Of a stretch of DNA of 64,000 nt, positions 50,049 through 59,752 are shown in pieces (position 1 is the first letter of the stretch; each line of letters opens with the position of its first letter). The notes beneath the pieces were generated by a model that had not been told where the DNA came from, did not search any database, and was given only the letters and a program-made list of their open reading frames with translations. This DNA comes from Desulfobacterales bacterium (lineage in GTDB: Bacteria > Desulfobacterota > Desulfobacteria > Desulfobacterales > UBA5852). A program made the position numbers and the translations under genes. Location of the stretch: positions 384,001 to 448,000 of the forward strand of contig CAXXVS010000003.1 in the NCBI GenBank assembly GCA_963674755.2, read 5' to 3'.

Positions 50049-50816
50049 CTATTCCTCATCAGCTCCCAGGTAGGCTTCGATGACTTTCGGGTCGGACTGG
50101 ATTTCCTGTGGGGTGCCCTCGGCAATTTTACCCCCGTTTTCAATCACCACGAGCTGCTCGCAGGCTTCCATCACGAGACTCATATCGTGTTCGATGAGCA
50201 GCACGGTAATCCCCCGATCACGGATATTGCGGATGGTCTCGATCAGCGCTGCGGTTTCCTGGTCGTTCATGCCGCCGGCCGGTTCGTCCAGGATGATAAA
50301 GCGCGGCTGGGTGGCCAGGGCGCGTGCAATTTCAAGCAGGCGCTGATTGCCGTAGGACAGATTCTCCGCCAGCTGGTCCGCGTGCGTTTGCAGGCCCACA
50401 AATTCCAGTTCCTTGAGGGCGGTTTCCAGGGCCTGGCTTTCTTCCCGGCGCTGGGCCGGTGTACGGAACATGGCGGCCAGGGAGCCGGATGCCATGCGGC
50501 AGTGGCAGCCGGCCAGCACATTCTCAATGGCGGCCAGCTTCTGAAAGAGGCGGATGGTCTGGAAGGTTCGGGCAATCCCCAGGGATACGATTTTATGGGT
50601 GGGAAGATTTTTGATGGAGTGGTCGTTAAAAATGACATCGCCCTCGTCCGGGCGATAATTACCGGTGATCAGATTGAAAACCGTGGTCTTGCCGGCGCCG
50701 TTAGGGCCGATCAACCCGACAATGGATCCGGTCTGGACGTCGAAGCTGACATGATCCACGGCGACCAGGCCGCCGAAACGCTTGGTCAAGTTATTCAGGC
50801 TGAGTAAGGTCGTCAT
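50049..50816 (-). CDS. Liv-type ABC ATPase (LivG-like)
   Basis: GPNGAGKTT, RTFQTIRLF, LDEPAGG. ATG 50816 in ATGA overlap. Confidence 0.92.
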   Translation of the reverse strand: MTTLLSLNNLTKRFGGLVAVDHVSFDVQTGSIVGLIGPNGAGKTTVFNLITGNYRPDEGDVIFNDHSIKNLPTHKIVSLGIARTFQTIRLFQKLAAIENVLAGCHCRMASGSLAAMFRTPAQRREESQALETALKELEFVGLQTHADQLAENLSYGNQRLLEIARALATQPRFIILDEPAGGMNDQETAALIETIRNIRDRGITVLLIEHDMSLVMEACEQLVVIENGGKIAEGTPQEIQSDPKVIEAYLGADEE

Positions 50817-51772
50817 GCGTTTCCCTCCCGGCCGAGCAGTTTGGCGATGGGGTAGCGACGCGGCAGCGGCGGCAGAATGCCTTCCGGCCGCAGGATCATC
50901 ATGACAACCATGAAGGCCCCGAAAATCAGCATGCGGGCCGTAGCGAATTGTCGAAACAGCTCTGGTAGCCCCAGGACCAGAAAGGCGCCCAGAATCACTC
51001 CCGGGATGCTGCCGCGACCCCCCAGCAGAACGATCATAAAAAGGACCACGGATTCCCAAAAATTAAAGGATTCCGGTGCGATGATGGTCATTTTGGCGGC
51101 GAAGATATTACCCACCATACCGGCCCAGAAGGCCCCGATCACAAAGGCGATCAATTTGTAATGGGAGGTGTTGATGCCGCTGCCCTCGGCCGCCACATCG
51201 TCTTCCCTCAAAAAATTGAGCGCACGTCCGAAACGGGATTTTTCCAACCGGTCGAAGAGGAAGATCGTAACGGCGGCAAAGCCCCAGATCAGGTAGAAAA
51301 ATTCCGCGGGCGTGTTGATTTTCATGCCCATGAGCATGGGTCGATTGATGCCGAAGATGCCGTTGCTGCCGCCCGTAATGCCGAACACATTGTTGACCAG
51401 CGCGATGCGGACAATTTCGACGAATCCGATGGTGACGATGAGCAGGTAGTCACCGCGCAGGTGAATGATGGGCCTGGCTACCACGAGGGCCGCCAAGCCG
51501 GCCACCAGCCCGCTGACCGGCAGAAGCCAGAAAATGGGAATATGGTAGGTGGTGTTGATAATGGCTGTCGTGTAGGCTCCGAGGGCGTAAAAGGCGGCAT
51601 GGCCCATGTGGAACAGGCCGGCATGGCCCAGGATGATATTGAGGCTCAAGGCCAGGATGGTATACAGGCCCACATTGTTCAAGACATCCACCCAGTAGGC
51701 ATTCAGGAAGGTCGGCGACACCAGGAGAAGAATGCCTAAAGCCGCGTAGAGGATATGGCGCATGTTTTTCAT
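50813..51772 (-). CDS. Liv-type ABC permease (LivM-like)
   Basis: SLNIILGHAG, HLRGDYLLIVTIGF, LREDDVAAE. Confidence 0.9.
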   Translation of the reverse strand: MKNMRHILYAALGILLLVSPTFLNAYWVDVLNNVGLYTILALSLNIILGHAGLFHMGHAAFYALGAYTTAIINTTYHIPIFWLLPVSGLVAGLAALVVARPIIHLRGDYLLIVTIGFVEIVRIALVNNVFGITGGSNGIFGINRPMLMGMKINTPAEFFYLIWGFAAVTIFLFDRLEKSRFGRALNFLREDDVAAEGSGINTSHYKLIAFVIGAFWAGMVGNIFAAKMTIIAPESFNFWESVVLFMIVLLGGRGSIPGVILGAFLVLGLPELFRQFATARMLIFGAFMVVMMILRPEGILPPLPRRYPIAKLLGREGNA

Positions 51773-52674
51773 ATTTTTTCCGCTACCCGTTCACCCAAGA
51801 GACCCGTGGGGCGAACAATGAGGATGAGAATGAGCACGCAAAAGGCAATGGCGTCCTTCCAGGCGATGGAGATATAGGCCGCCCCCATGGCTTCGATGAC
51901 GCCCAGCAGCAAGCCCCCCACCATGGCCCCGGGGATATTGCCGATGCCGCCCAGGATAGCGGCGGTGAAGGCTTTGAGGCCGTAGATCCATCCCATGGTG
52001 AAATTGATCTGGCCGTAATAGAGACCCACCATGAGGCCGGCGGCTCCGCCGAGTGCCGGGCCGATCAGAAAAACGATCATGATCACGCGGTCCACGTTGA
52101 TGCCCATCAGTTTGGCCGCTCCCTGATCGATGGCCGCCGCCCGGATGGCCGTGCCGATTTTGGTGCGTTGAATGAAAAGATAGAGACCGATCATCATCAG
52201 AATGGAGGTCAGCAGAATCAGCAAGCGTACCAGGGGAATATCCAGCCCGAAAAGGGAGATGGTGGTGCGGGGCAGGATGTCGTGGGGATAAACTTTATAG
52301 CGTGCGCCATAGATCAGCATGACGGCATTCTGAAAGAAGATGGAGGCCCCCAAGGCCGACACCACGGCCGACAGGCGGTGCGACTGGCGAAGCGGACGGT
52401 AGGCCACCCGCTCCAGAACCGCGCCCACGATGGCCACCAGCCCCATGACCATCAGAGCCAGCACCACCACCACACCGAAAGGCCCCAGGTAGTTGGTCAG
52501 GCCCAGAGCGGTCAGCAGGGTCAGGCCCAGATAGGCACCGATGGTAAACAGGTCGCCATGGGCGAAATTGATGAGTTTGAGGACGCCATAGACCATGGTG
52601 TACCCCAGGGCGATTAGGGCATATATACCGCCCACCGCCAGTCCGTTGGTCAGCTGTTGGATAAAGAGCTCCAT
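51769..52674 (-). CDS. Liv-type ABC permease (LivH-like)
   Basis: GIYALIALGYTMVYGVLKLINFAHG, KAFTAAILGGIG. Confidence 0.92.
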   Translation of the reverse strand: MELFIQQLTNGLAVGGIYALIALGYTMVYGVLKLINFAHGDLFTIGAYLGLTLLTALGLTNYLGPFGVVVVLALMVMGLVAIVGAVLERVAYRPLRQSHRLSAVVSALGASIFFQNAVMLIYGARYKVYPHDILPRTTISLFGLDIPLVRLLILLTSILMMIGLYLFIQRTKIGTAIRAAAIDQGAAKLMGINVDRVIMIVFLIGPALGGAAGLMVGLYYGQINFTMGWIYGLKAFTAAILGGIGNIPGAMVGGLLLGVIEAMGAAYISIAWKDAIAFCVLILILIVRPTGLLGERVAEKI

Positions 52675-52829
52675 CCGGCTCTCCGTTTCTATGAAAGATG
52701 ACGGATTGTGAATTTATCAAAGATGAGCGTCCGCATTTGGCATCAAAAGGGCGCTGATCGACTTGGGTGTCATCCGCGGCGACCAGCGCCCTGATGGTAT
52801 AGCACGGCAATGGAATTCAATCCCCGGGA

Positions 52830-53945
52830 CTACTGGAGAATGAAATTCCCATTGGCATCGACTTTGTAGACCCGGTAGAGATCGCCGACCCGGTCGCCCT
52901 TTTCATTAAAGGAAATCTGACCGGTCAATCCCGGGAAATCTTTCATGTCGTTCTTCAAGTAGGCCACCAGTTTATCCTTATCCGTAGACCCGGTGGCTTT
53001 GATGGCTTGAACGATCACGCGCAGGCCGTCGCCGGAGAGCACCGCCCAGACCGATCCCGGCTCGGAATTGTATTTTTTCTTGTAGGCGGCCATGAAGGCC
53101 TTGGCTTCGGGGGTGTCCAGGTCCTGGGGAACCGGCGGGCTGAGGAACATGAAACCGGCCGCGGCGTCCTTGCCGGCGATTTTGACCAGATCGGGATTGT
53201 TGGTGGCGTCACCCCCCAGGAAGGGCACGTTCCAGTTCATTTCCATCTTCTGGCGCAGCAGGAGACCGGCTTCGCCGTAATATCCGGTAAAGAAGACCAC
53301 GTCCGGATTGGCGGCCTTCATTTTGGTGAGAATGGCCGAATAGTCGTTTTCCTTGGGGGTCAGGGCCTCGTAAAAGACGATGTTGGCGCCGTTTTTTTCC
53401 AGCAGGGCCTTGGCTTCGTCCGCCAACCCCTTGGCATAGCTGGAGTTGTCATGCAGGATGGCGATGCGTTGATAGCCGCCGCTTTTCAAGGTTTTATAGG
53501 CGACCAACCCCTGTTCGTCATCCCGTGGGCAGGTGCGCAGGAAATACTTGAGTCCCTTTTCGGTAAGCCGGATGGCGGTGGAGCCATTGGCAATCTGAAT
53601 GATGCCGGCTTCGTCGTAAATGCCCTGGGTGGCCTCGGTCACGGCGGAACCATAGGTGCCGATGACCGCGACGATGCCCTGGGTGGACAGGCGCTGGGCG
53701 GCCAGCGCGGCCGTGCGCGGATCGCCGCCGTCGTCTTCGGTGATGATCTCGATTTTTTGACCGTTGACGCCGCCGGCGGCATTGATTTCATCCGCCAGCA
53801 ATTCGACGATCTGCTGCATGTCCTGTCCTTCGCTGGCCCAGGCGCCGGTAATGGGTGCCATCAAACCGATTTTGATGGGGCCGGCGGCAAGAGCGGTTCC
53901 GGCCACCAGGCAGAGAATGAGCGTGAGAAACAATACCTTTTTCAT
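52830..53945 (-). CDS. Liv-type ABC substrate-binding protein (possibly proline)
   Basis: Signal peptide; EDDGGDP, GTYGSAVT, RTCPRDDEQG, HDNSSYAKGLA; AGGAGG SD. Confidence 0.9.
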   Translation of the reverse strand: MKKVLFLTLILCLVAGTALAAGPIKIGLMAPITGAWASEGQDMQQIVELLADEINAAGGVNGQKIEIITEDDGGDPRTAALAAQRLSTQGIVAVIGTYGSAVTEATQGIYDEAGIIQIANGSTAIRLTEKGLKYFLRTCPRDDEQGLVAYKTLKSGGYQRIAILHDNSSYAKGLADEAKALLEKNGANIVFYEALTPKENDYSAILTKMKAANPDVVFFTGYYGEAGLLLRQKMEMNWNVPFLGGDATNNPDLVKIAGKDAAAGFMFLSPPVPQDLDTPEAKAFMAAYKKKYNSEPGSVWAVLSGDGLRVIVQAIKATGSTDKDKLVAYLKNDMKDFPGLTGQISFNEKGDRVGDLYRVYKVDANGNFILQ

Positions 53946-54037
53946 GAATGCCTCCTTTAAGATTGGTTGGTACCTTTGGGTCTGTCAGGAGCGGCCCGTG
54001 TAAAACGATACACTCCCAAAAAGATCACGAGATCCTG

Positions 54038-54811
54038 TTATTGCGACGGTTGGGCCTGCCCGTCAAAAATTTTCGGCAGAGCCGTCTTCCCGGCCTCGTT
54101 CTCCATCATATGCTCGCTGAAGCGTTGGACATGCCGGCGTGCCAAGTCGCTGGCCTGCTCCGCATCGCCCTTTTTAACAAACGCCACAATGTTGTAGAGA
54201 TCATCGAAATTTTCCTGCAACATGGCCTCGGTCCAGGGCAAAAAACGCTCATAGTAGCGCTGGATGTTATCATGCACCATCTGGTGGATGACGATGTACA
54301 TGGGGTTGCCGGTGATTCGGGCCAGGGCCTGGTGAATTTGTTTGTCGATTTCGACAAATCGGCGCGATTGGGATACGCCCTTGGCCACGTAAGAACGCGC
54401 CTTTTCCACGAGTTTTTCCAGCGCGGCGATGTCCCGCCGGGTGGCACGGCCGCAAGCCGTGGCCGCCACGATGCCTTCGATGCCCTCCCGGAATTCGGCC
54501 AGATGCACCAGGGAAATCTGCTGAAACCGCACCAGCAGATCCAGGCTGTCGCAGACTTGCTGCATGGGGGCCGCTTTGACCACCGAGCCCCCGCCGACGC
54601 CGAGTTTGATCTCGATGAGGCCTTTTTGTTCCAAAACGCGCAGGGCCTCGCGCAAGGTGCCGCGGCTGGTCTGAAACAATTCTTTGAGATCCCGCTCGGA
54701 AGGCAGGGTATCACCGGCCTGGAGCTTGCCGTCGACGATCGCCTTTTCAATCTGTTCGACGACGTCCTGAAAGATGCGGTTTTGTTTGGCGGCTCGGAAC
54801 ATGCGTATCAT
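54038..54811 (-). CDS. GntR-family (FadR subfamily) transcriptional regulator
   Basis: GDTLPSERDL..SRGTLREALRVLEQKGLI wHTH; FCD-like C-terminal domain (IHQALARITGN). Confidence 0.93.
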   Translation of the reverse strand: MIRMFRAAKQNRIFQDVVEQIEKAIVDGKLQAGDTLPSERDLKELFQTSRGTLREALRVLEQKGLIEIKLGVGGGSVVKAAPMQQVCDSLDLLVRFQQISLVHLAEFREGIEGIVAATACGRATRRDIAALEKLVEKARSYVAKGVSQSRRFVEIDKQIHQALARITGNPMYIVIHQMVHDNIQRYYERFLPWTEAMLQENFDDLYNIVAFVKKGDAEQASDLARRHVQRFSEHMMENEAGKTALPKIFDGQAQPSQ

Positions 54812-54827
54812 GGCGTGCGAAGGAGTT

Positions 54828-54870
54828 AAATGGTTCGACCATTACTAAAGACTTTCAACATTCATGTCAA
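54828..54870 (-). promoter_or_regulatory. gntR promoter with overlapping operator
   Basis: Minus-strand TTGACA-N17-TAGTAAT running into TAATGGT-CGA-ACCATTT (54844-54828). Confidence 0.75.
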
Positions 54871-54976
54871 CCCAAAAACAAAACCTTCGATAGTGCCTGA
54901 ACAGTATTCAATAAAGAGGGGCGCACCGCAGGATTCCACTGGCCGGTGAAACCGTCCGCAGGGGGATGGCCTGTTG

Positions 54977-55318
54977 TCAGCAGGTCAGATGAAAGCCGCC
55001 GCCGATGCGGCGTGTGGGTTGAAGGTCGTTGAAACGGGTTATGGCGTTGCCGGTGGCATCCATCACAAGCATGATGCCCCGTGCGCGCAGGGCTTCTTCC
55101 AGCCCGGTCTCCGGCAGCATGCGGCCGTAGACTCCGCTGCCAATCACGATCAGCTCCGGTTCGGCGGCAATCAGGTCCTCGATATCGGCCAAAGACAACC
55201 GATGCCCGTGCTTGCGCCACCAGTTGTCGGCCACCCGCCCGTTCGGATAAATGATAATATCGGTCGTATAGCGTTTACCGTCGACCTGGATGGAGCCGAA
55301 ATCGCTTTTTTCAATCAT
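54977..55318 (-). CDS. Mth938-like (DUF498) protein
   Basis: FGSIQVDGKRYTTDIII, PELIVIGSG, C-terminal FHLTC. Confidence 0.85.
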   Translation of the reverse strand: MIEKSDFGSIQVDGKRYTTDIIIYPNGRVADNWWRKHGHRLSLADIEDLIAAEPELIVIGSGVYGRMLPETGLEEALRARGIMLVMDATGNAITRFNDLQPTRRIGGGFHLTC

Positions 55319-55390
55319 GTGGACCTCCCGATCTTGGCACGGAAGGCATCCTCTTTTTATGGAAGCTCGATGCCGAGAAGTTTATAATTT

Positions 55391-56245
55391 TTATACGTGC
55401 AGCAGGCCATTGGCGGGGTTGGGGGACAAAGTCCCCTGTAATTGACGAATAATCTGCTCGCCCACCGCCAAGGGGAAACCGTCTTCCGTGGCGGTCGGTT
55501 CGGCAGTAACACCATCCAGACAACCGTTGGACAGCAGGTAGGATAGTGATTCGGGCAGGTTGATTCCAGCAAGGAGGTCTTTGCCCGTCAGGTGGCTCAA
55601 TTCGGTGATGACGCCATAGACGCCCCAGTTGGATACCGTGGCGATGACCAGTTCGTCACAGGTTGTGACGGCAGGCGTGATGGGCAAATCCGTCAGCAGG
55701 TGTTGCACATTGCCCATCCCGATTTCGTTGCCGCCATCCCCGAAGGCGATGGTCGGGCAAGCGCTGAGATTGAAAAACAGGTCGAATTTGGCGGTGTCCG
55801 CACTGATGTCGCGTCCGTGCATGCTGAAATAGCGGCCGGAGGCCGTAATGCCGGGTCTCTCGATGGACATGATCAGTGCCGGGTGCAGTTTTCCAAGCGC
55901 TGCTTCGACCACCGGCACGCTGGCTTGCCACCCCAGGATAGGGATTTCAAAGGTCTTGAACCGTCCCCCAAGGACGCCTGAAAGCGGAGGGCCGCAGACG
56001 AAGACGGGATCATAGTCCAACAGCCGGAGAACGTCATACATGGCGATGGCGCCGAGGGGTCCGTCGGTTTCAAAGGTGCCTTTGACCGGAAAGCCTGTTC
56101 CGATGAGTACGGTGCCCGGGTTGTTTCGGATGAGCCGGGCGGCACGATGGCAATAGCCATGGGGTATGGCTTGGTAAAGACGTGCCATGCCCCGTGTATT
56201 GAACTGCAGAATGATTTTTTCGATGTGTTCGGAAAAAGCGTCCAT
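55391..56245 (-). CDS. DUF4392 / D-glutamate cyclase-like domain protein
   Basis: GTGFP, ETDGPLGA, SIERPG, GDGGNEIGMG, SNWG, DGVT. Start uncertain (ORF extends to 56449). Confidence 0.8.
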   Translation of the reverse strand: MDAFSEHIEKIILQFNTRGMARLYQAIPHGYCHRAARLIRNNPGTVLIGTGFPVKGTFETDGPLGAIAMYDVLRLLDYDPVFVCGPPLSGVLGGRFKTFEIPILGWQASVPVVEAALGKLHPALIMSIERPGITASGRYFSMHGRDISADTAKFDLFFNLSACPTIAFGDGGNEIGMGNVQHLLTDLPITPAVTTCDELVIATVSNWGVYGVITELSHLTGKDLLAGINLPESLSYLLSNGCLDGVTAEPTATEDGFPLAVGEQIIRQLQGTLSPNPANGLLHV

Positions 56246-56587
56246 ACCCGGGTTGTTCTCTCTTTCATAAGGCGTGATCATGCCCGCGGTCATTGCGCTA
56301 ACATAGTCTCTCCCGGGAGGAATGCAATGGTAATCTGGTTCGCAGACGTAGGGCACGCCGCAAGTGTGCAATGGTGTCATGTTAGGATTAACCGATTGGA
56401 AATACATGCCTTTTGTACGGTGCAGTGCGGACTGGAAATAGCCTGACAAATGAGGGCGGCCCGGTGAGGAGGGGCATCAACCGGGCCGTAGGGCTGATAT
56501 CAAGGACGAAAGGGACTCTATGCATTCCCCAAGCGTTACCCTGCCGCGTGACAGGAACACCCGGCGGCGAGGTCTCCGGCATCCCGA

Positions 56588-56890
56588 TCAGGGCTGGGGA
56601 GGAATTCCCAGCACATAGGATTCATATTGGGTGGACCCCTCCTGGTACATTTCCAGCATGACTTCGAAATCCTTGCGGCGCTGGTTGTCCCTCCAGGCCA
56701 GCCAGCTTTCCATATTCTGCCAGGTCCCGATGACCAGGACATCCTGGGGGTCGTCGCAGGACACCAGCGTTTCACCGGAAACATAGCCGGGCTGGGTCAT
56801 GGCCCCCGAACGAAAATCCCGGAGCAGGGCATTGATTTCCTTGACCTTGCCTTTTTTAAAGCGCCGCTTGATGAAGACTTTGACCAGCAT
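56588..56890 (-). CDS. Antibiotic biosynthesis monooxygenase (ABM) family protein
   Basis: QPGYVSGETL...LVIGTWQNMESW pattern; AGGAGG SD. Confidence 0.8.
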   Translation of the reverse strand: MLVKVFIKRRFKKGKVKEINALLRDFRSGAMTQPGYVSGETLVSCDDPQDVLVIGTWQNMESWLAWRDNQRRKDFEVMLEMYQEGSTQYESYVLGIPPQP

Positions 56891-57085
56891 GACCGTCCTC
56901 CTTTCCGTTGAGGTGCCGTGGTCGGGCGAGGGGCGGGGCCGAACCGCAATATCTCTGGGCAGGCGGAGGGCGCAGCTTCGGCACCATGATGGGGCTTACC
57001 TTACAAAAGTAATTCTTTATTGAGGCATTAGCAAAGAGAAACCGTTTCCGTCAACGGCCGGGACAGGCGGCATCCGGATGATCGC

Positions 57086-58105
57086 TCAGCGCTGGTGAAG
57101 ATTCAGGCGCTCGCGGAGCACCCAGATGAGAAAACCCGCATAGACTTCCCAGACGTCGGGTCCGTAGCCGCCCGCCATCAGGCTGGCCTGGGGAACACGA
57201 CGCTTTTGCAGAAAGCGGTAGATGATCTGGTCGCGCTCCAGAAGCTGGGCTTGCGACAGACGCAAAAGTTGGGTGGACGGCAGGGCGTCGCCCTCGTAGG
57301 GGTCGGCCCCGGACACCACAATGGCCAGATCAGGCCGGGACAAGCCGGCCAGCTGGTCCAGGCCTTCCTGCAAGCGGCGGTTGTAGGTGGGCTCTTCCCC
57401 GGCAGCAATGGGGATGTCGATATCGCTGGGAACGAAAGAAGGATTGGGGCGCCCCTCGGCATCGAACGGTTGGCCGTCCAGGGGCCAGCCCTGGGCCATG
57501 TGGACGCTCAGGGTGCGGATGGTGTCGTCGTCCCGGGTCAGGGCAGCCGTGCCGTCACCTTTATGGGCATCCACGTCGATGATCCAGGCGTTGTGGATTT
57601 TTTGTTCGGCCTGCAGCTTGCGCAAGGCGATGACGATGTCGTTCAGCAGGCAGAACCCGTTGCCGTAATCATATTGGGCATGATGCATGCCGCCGCCGAA
57701 ATAGAAACAAAACCCTTTCTCCAGAGCCACCCGGCAGCACTGGGTGGTGCCGGCCACCCGTTTGAGGATCCGATCGAAAAGATGCGTCAGCGGCTGGGTC
57801 GCTTGGTTCGGATCGTAGCGATAATAGCGCCCCTGATCGTCGATCAGCTCATAGGTGCGGATAATTTCCTTTTCGAGGGCGGCGGAATAAAGCCGGTCCG
57901 CGTAGCCCCTGCTGTGCACCCGCTGAAGATCTTCCCGGTCGAGGTTTTCCGCGACCCGCGCCAGGTGCCATTGGCTGACCAGCGGACCCAGTTCAGGATC
58001 CCGGGTCAGGGCCTCGAAGGTTTTGGTCACCTTGCTGTCCAGAATGGGGATTTGGATACCGAACTCAAAAAAGCCCATACGATCGGTTGGATCATATAGA
58101 ATCAT
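57086..58105 (-). CDS. Histone deacetylase-family Zn amidohydrolase
   Basis: GGMHHA, GFCLLND, IDVDAHKGDGT, GADP, GGY. Confidence 0.92.
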   Translation of the reverse strand: MILYDPTDRMGFFEFGIQIPILDSKVTKTFEALTRDPELGPLVSQWHLARVAENLDREDLQRVHSRGYADRLYSAALEKEIIRTYELIDDQGRYYRYDPNQATQPLTHLFDRILKRVAGTTQCCRVALEKGFCFYFGGGMHHAQYDYGNGFCLLNDIVIALRKLQAEQKIHNAWIIDVDAHKGDGTAALTRDDDTIRTLSVHMAQGWPLDGQPFDAEGRPNPSFVPSDIDIPIAAGEEPTYNRRLQEGLDQLAGLSRPDLAIVVSGADPYEGDALPSTQLLRLSQAQLLERDQIIYRFLQKRRVPQASLMAGGYGPDVWEVYAGFLIWVLRERLNLHQR

Positions 58106-58243
58106 CGCTATGGATCCTCGCTATTCGTTCATTGCGTTCTTGATGGAAACCGCAGGCCTATAAACGTCAGGATAGACAGCCGTCAAACAAAGCCGGTCAC
58201 CCCTGCCGGTCGGCAACAGGTCTGGGTAGACGCGATCATTCTT

Positions 58244-59737
58244 TCAGCTGAACAACCACAGCACCAGACCCACCACAAAGGAAATCCCGATCCCCAATGG
58301 GATGGTGACGCGTAAAATCTCCCCCTCTTGTCCGATGGCATTCACCATGGGTGTTGCCAGGGCGATTTTGAAGGGCGAGGATACGGACCCGATGGAGGAG
58401 CCCACGGCCAGCGCGGCCGCCAGCATGGTCCCGGACGTCCCCAACAAGGTGGCCGCCTGAATCTGGAGTTGCCCGAACAGCATGATGGAAGCCACGCCGT
58501 AGCCGGTCAGAAATGTTCCGACCCATCCCAGAAAAGGAACAAAGATGGGATAGTAGCCGCCCGTGAAAGCGATCAACCCCTGGGAGATAATCCAGGGGAT
58601 GTTGTGGGCGGCATCCAGGGTTTCAAAGCCCGGCCGATAGCCCGTGAAGGAGATAATCTGTCCCATGGCGCCGAACAGCCCCATGGCGATGGAGACCCGC
58701 CAGCCCTTTTGAAAGGCCAGCTTATAAACCAAATTTAATTCGATACGGGAAACCCCTTGCAGCCGGACAGCGAGCAGGAAAGCCAGGAAGATATAAAGGT
58801 AGGCCGAAAAAAAAGGGCGGAGCGTGATGGCGTGCACCGGGATGAGATGCATCCGGACGGCAAGCCGGTCAAAGGTGAGGGCTTTAAGCATCGGCAGGGC
58901 GTTGACCGAAAACAGGCATACAATCAGAAATAGAAACGGTGCTAGATCGCGCAGGATACCGTCCTTTAGCGGCAGACGTCCGGATCCCATCAGAATCACC
59001 GCCAGAATGACGGCCAAACCGGCCACTATCCCGGAAACCGGGATGCCTAAAAGCGCGGCGGCCCCCAGCGCGGCAAACCCGAGCAACAGGCCGATGGCCA
59101 GGGCGGACACCAGCGTTTTTCCGATAGTATCGTTCTTTGGCAGGAAAAAGGGGGCGGAAAGCGCCAGCAATACCGTGGCGGGGATGGAAATCCAGGCGGC
59201 GGCCACCCCCAAGTCGCGAACCGGAAGTTCGGTGACAAGCGCCAACACCGTAATGATGATACCGCCCAACTCCAGGGTCATCAGACCGGCATAGCCGATA
59301 ATGGACAGTGCCGCCGCGCCGGTCCGCGAGACGCCCGCCGCGCGCAGCATGGGGGCCACGATGGGCTCGGCAATGACACCTGCGCCTTCCATAAAATTAC
59401 CCACCCCGAAGGTGATGAGCATGTTCCTTCCCAAAGCATCGCCGGCACCGGCCTTGAACCACTCCACGATCCGGGTGAGGGAGCCCGTGTTCATCACAAG
59501 GCTGGAGAGGAGAATGCCGGTCATAATGACGAGCAGCAGGGGAAGCGTCGTCACAACGCCGTCCAGGGCGGCCCGTAGCGCCACGGACAGAGGGGTGTTA
59601 AAAAAGCCCATGGCCAGAACCAGTGCAAATAAAAACCCATAGACGGAAAGTTCCAGAGCCGAACGCCTCAAGACCACGGCCAGCACCGTCAACAGCACCA
59701 CGGGCGACCAGCTCAATAAAAGCAGACCGGTGTTCAA
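58244..59737 (-). CDS. L-lactate permease-like membrane transporter
   Basis: Many TMs; FMEGAG, PFLGWVGTFLTG..SIMLFGQLQ, SPFKI, GQEGEILR resemble LctP. TTG start after GAGG. Confidence 0.7.
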   Translation of the reverse strand: MNTGLLLLSWSPVVLLTVLAVVLRRSALELSVYGFLFALVLAMGFFNTPLSVALRAALDGVVTTLPLLLVIMTGILLSSLVMNTGSLTRIVEWFKAGAGDALGRNMLITFGVGNFMEGAGVIAEPIVAPMLRAAGVSRTGAAALSIIGYAGLMTLELGGIIITVLALVTELPVRDLGVAAAWISIPATVLLALSAPFFLPKNDTIGKTLVSALAIGLLLGFAALGAAALLGIPVSGIVAGLAVILAVILMGSGRLPLKDGILRDLAPFLFLIVCLFSVNALPMLKALTFDRLAVRMHLIPVHAITLRPFFSAYLYIFLAFLLAVRLQGVSRIELNLVYKLAFQKGWRVSIAMGLFGAMGQIISFTGYRPGFETLDAAHNIPWIISQGLIAFTGGYYPIFVPFLGWVGTFLTGYGVASIMLFGQLQIQAATLLGTSGTMLAAALAVGSSIGSVSSPFKIALATPMVNAIGQEGEILRVTIPLGIGISFVVGLVLWLFS

Positions 59738-59752
59738 GAAAGACCCCGCCTC

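Noticed and set aside
50817..51059. N-terminal ORF extensions (here, and 27467-27604, 22832-22954, 39229-39321, 34857-34967, 34756-34890, 44642-44791) suggesting fusions or frameshifts
   Set aside because: Family homology starts at downstream start codons, mostly with typical stop/start overlaps or SD sites; the extensions are incidental open frames.
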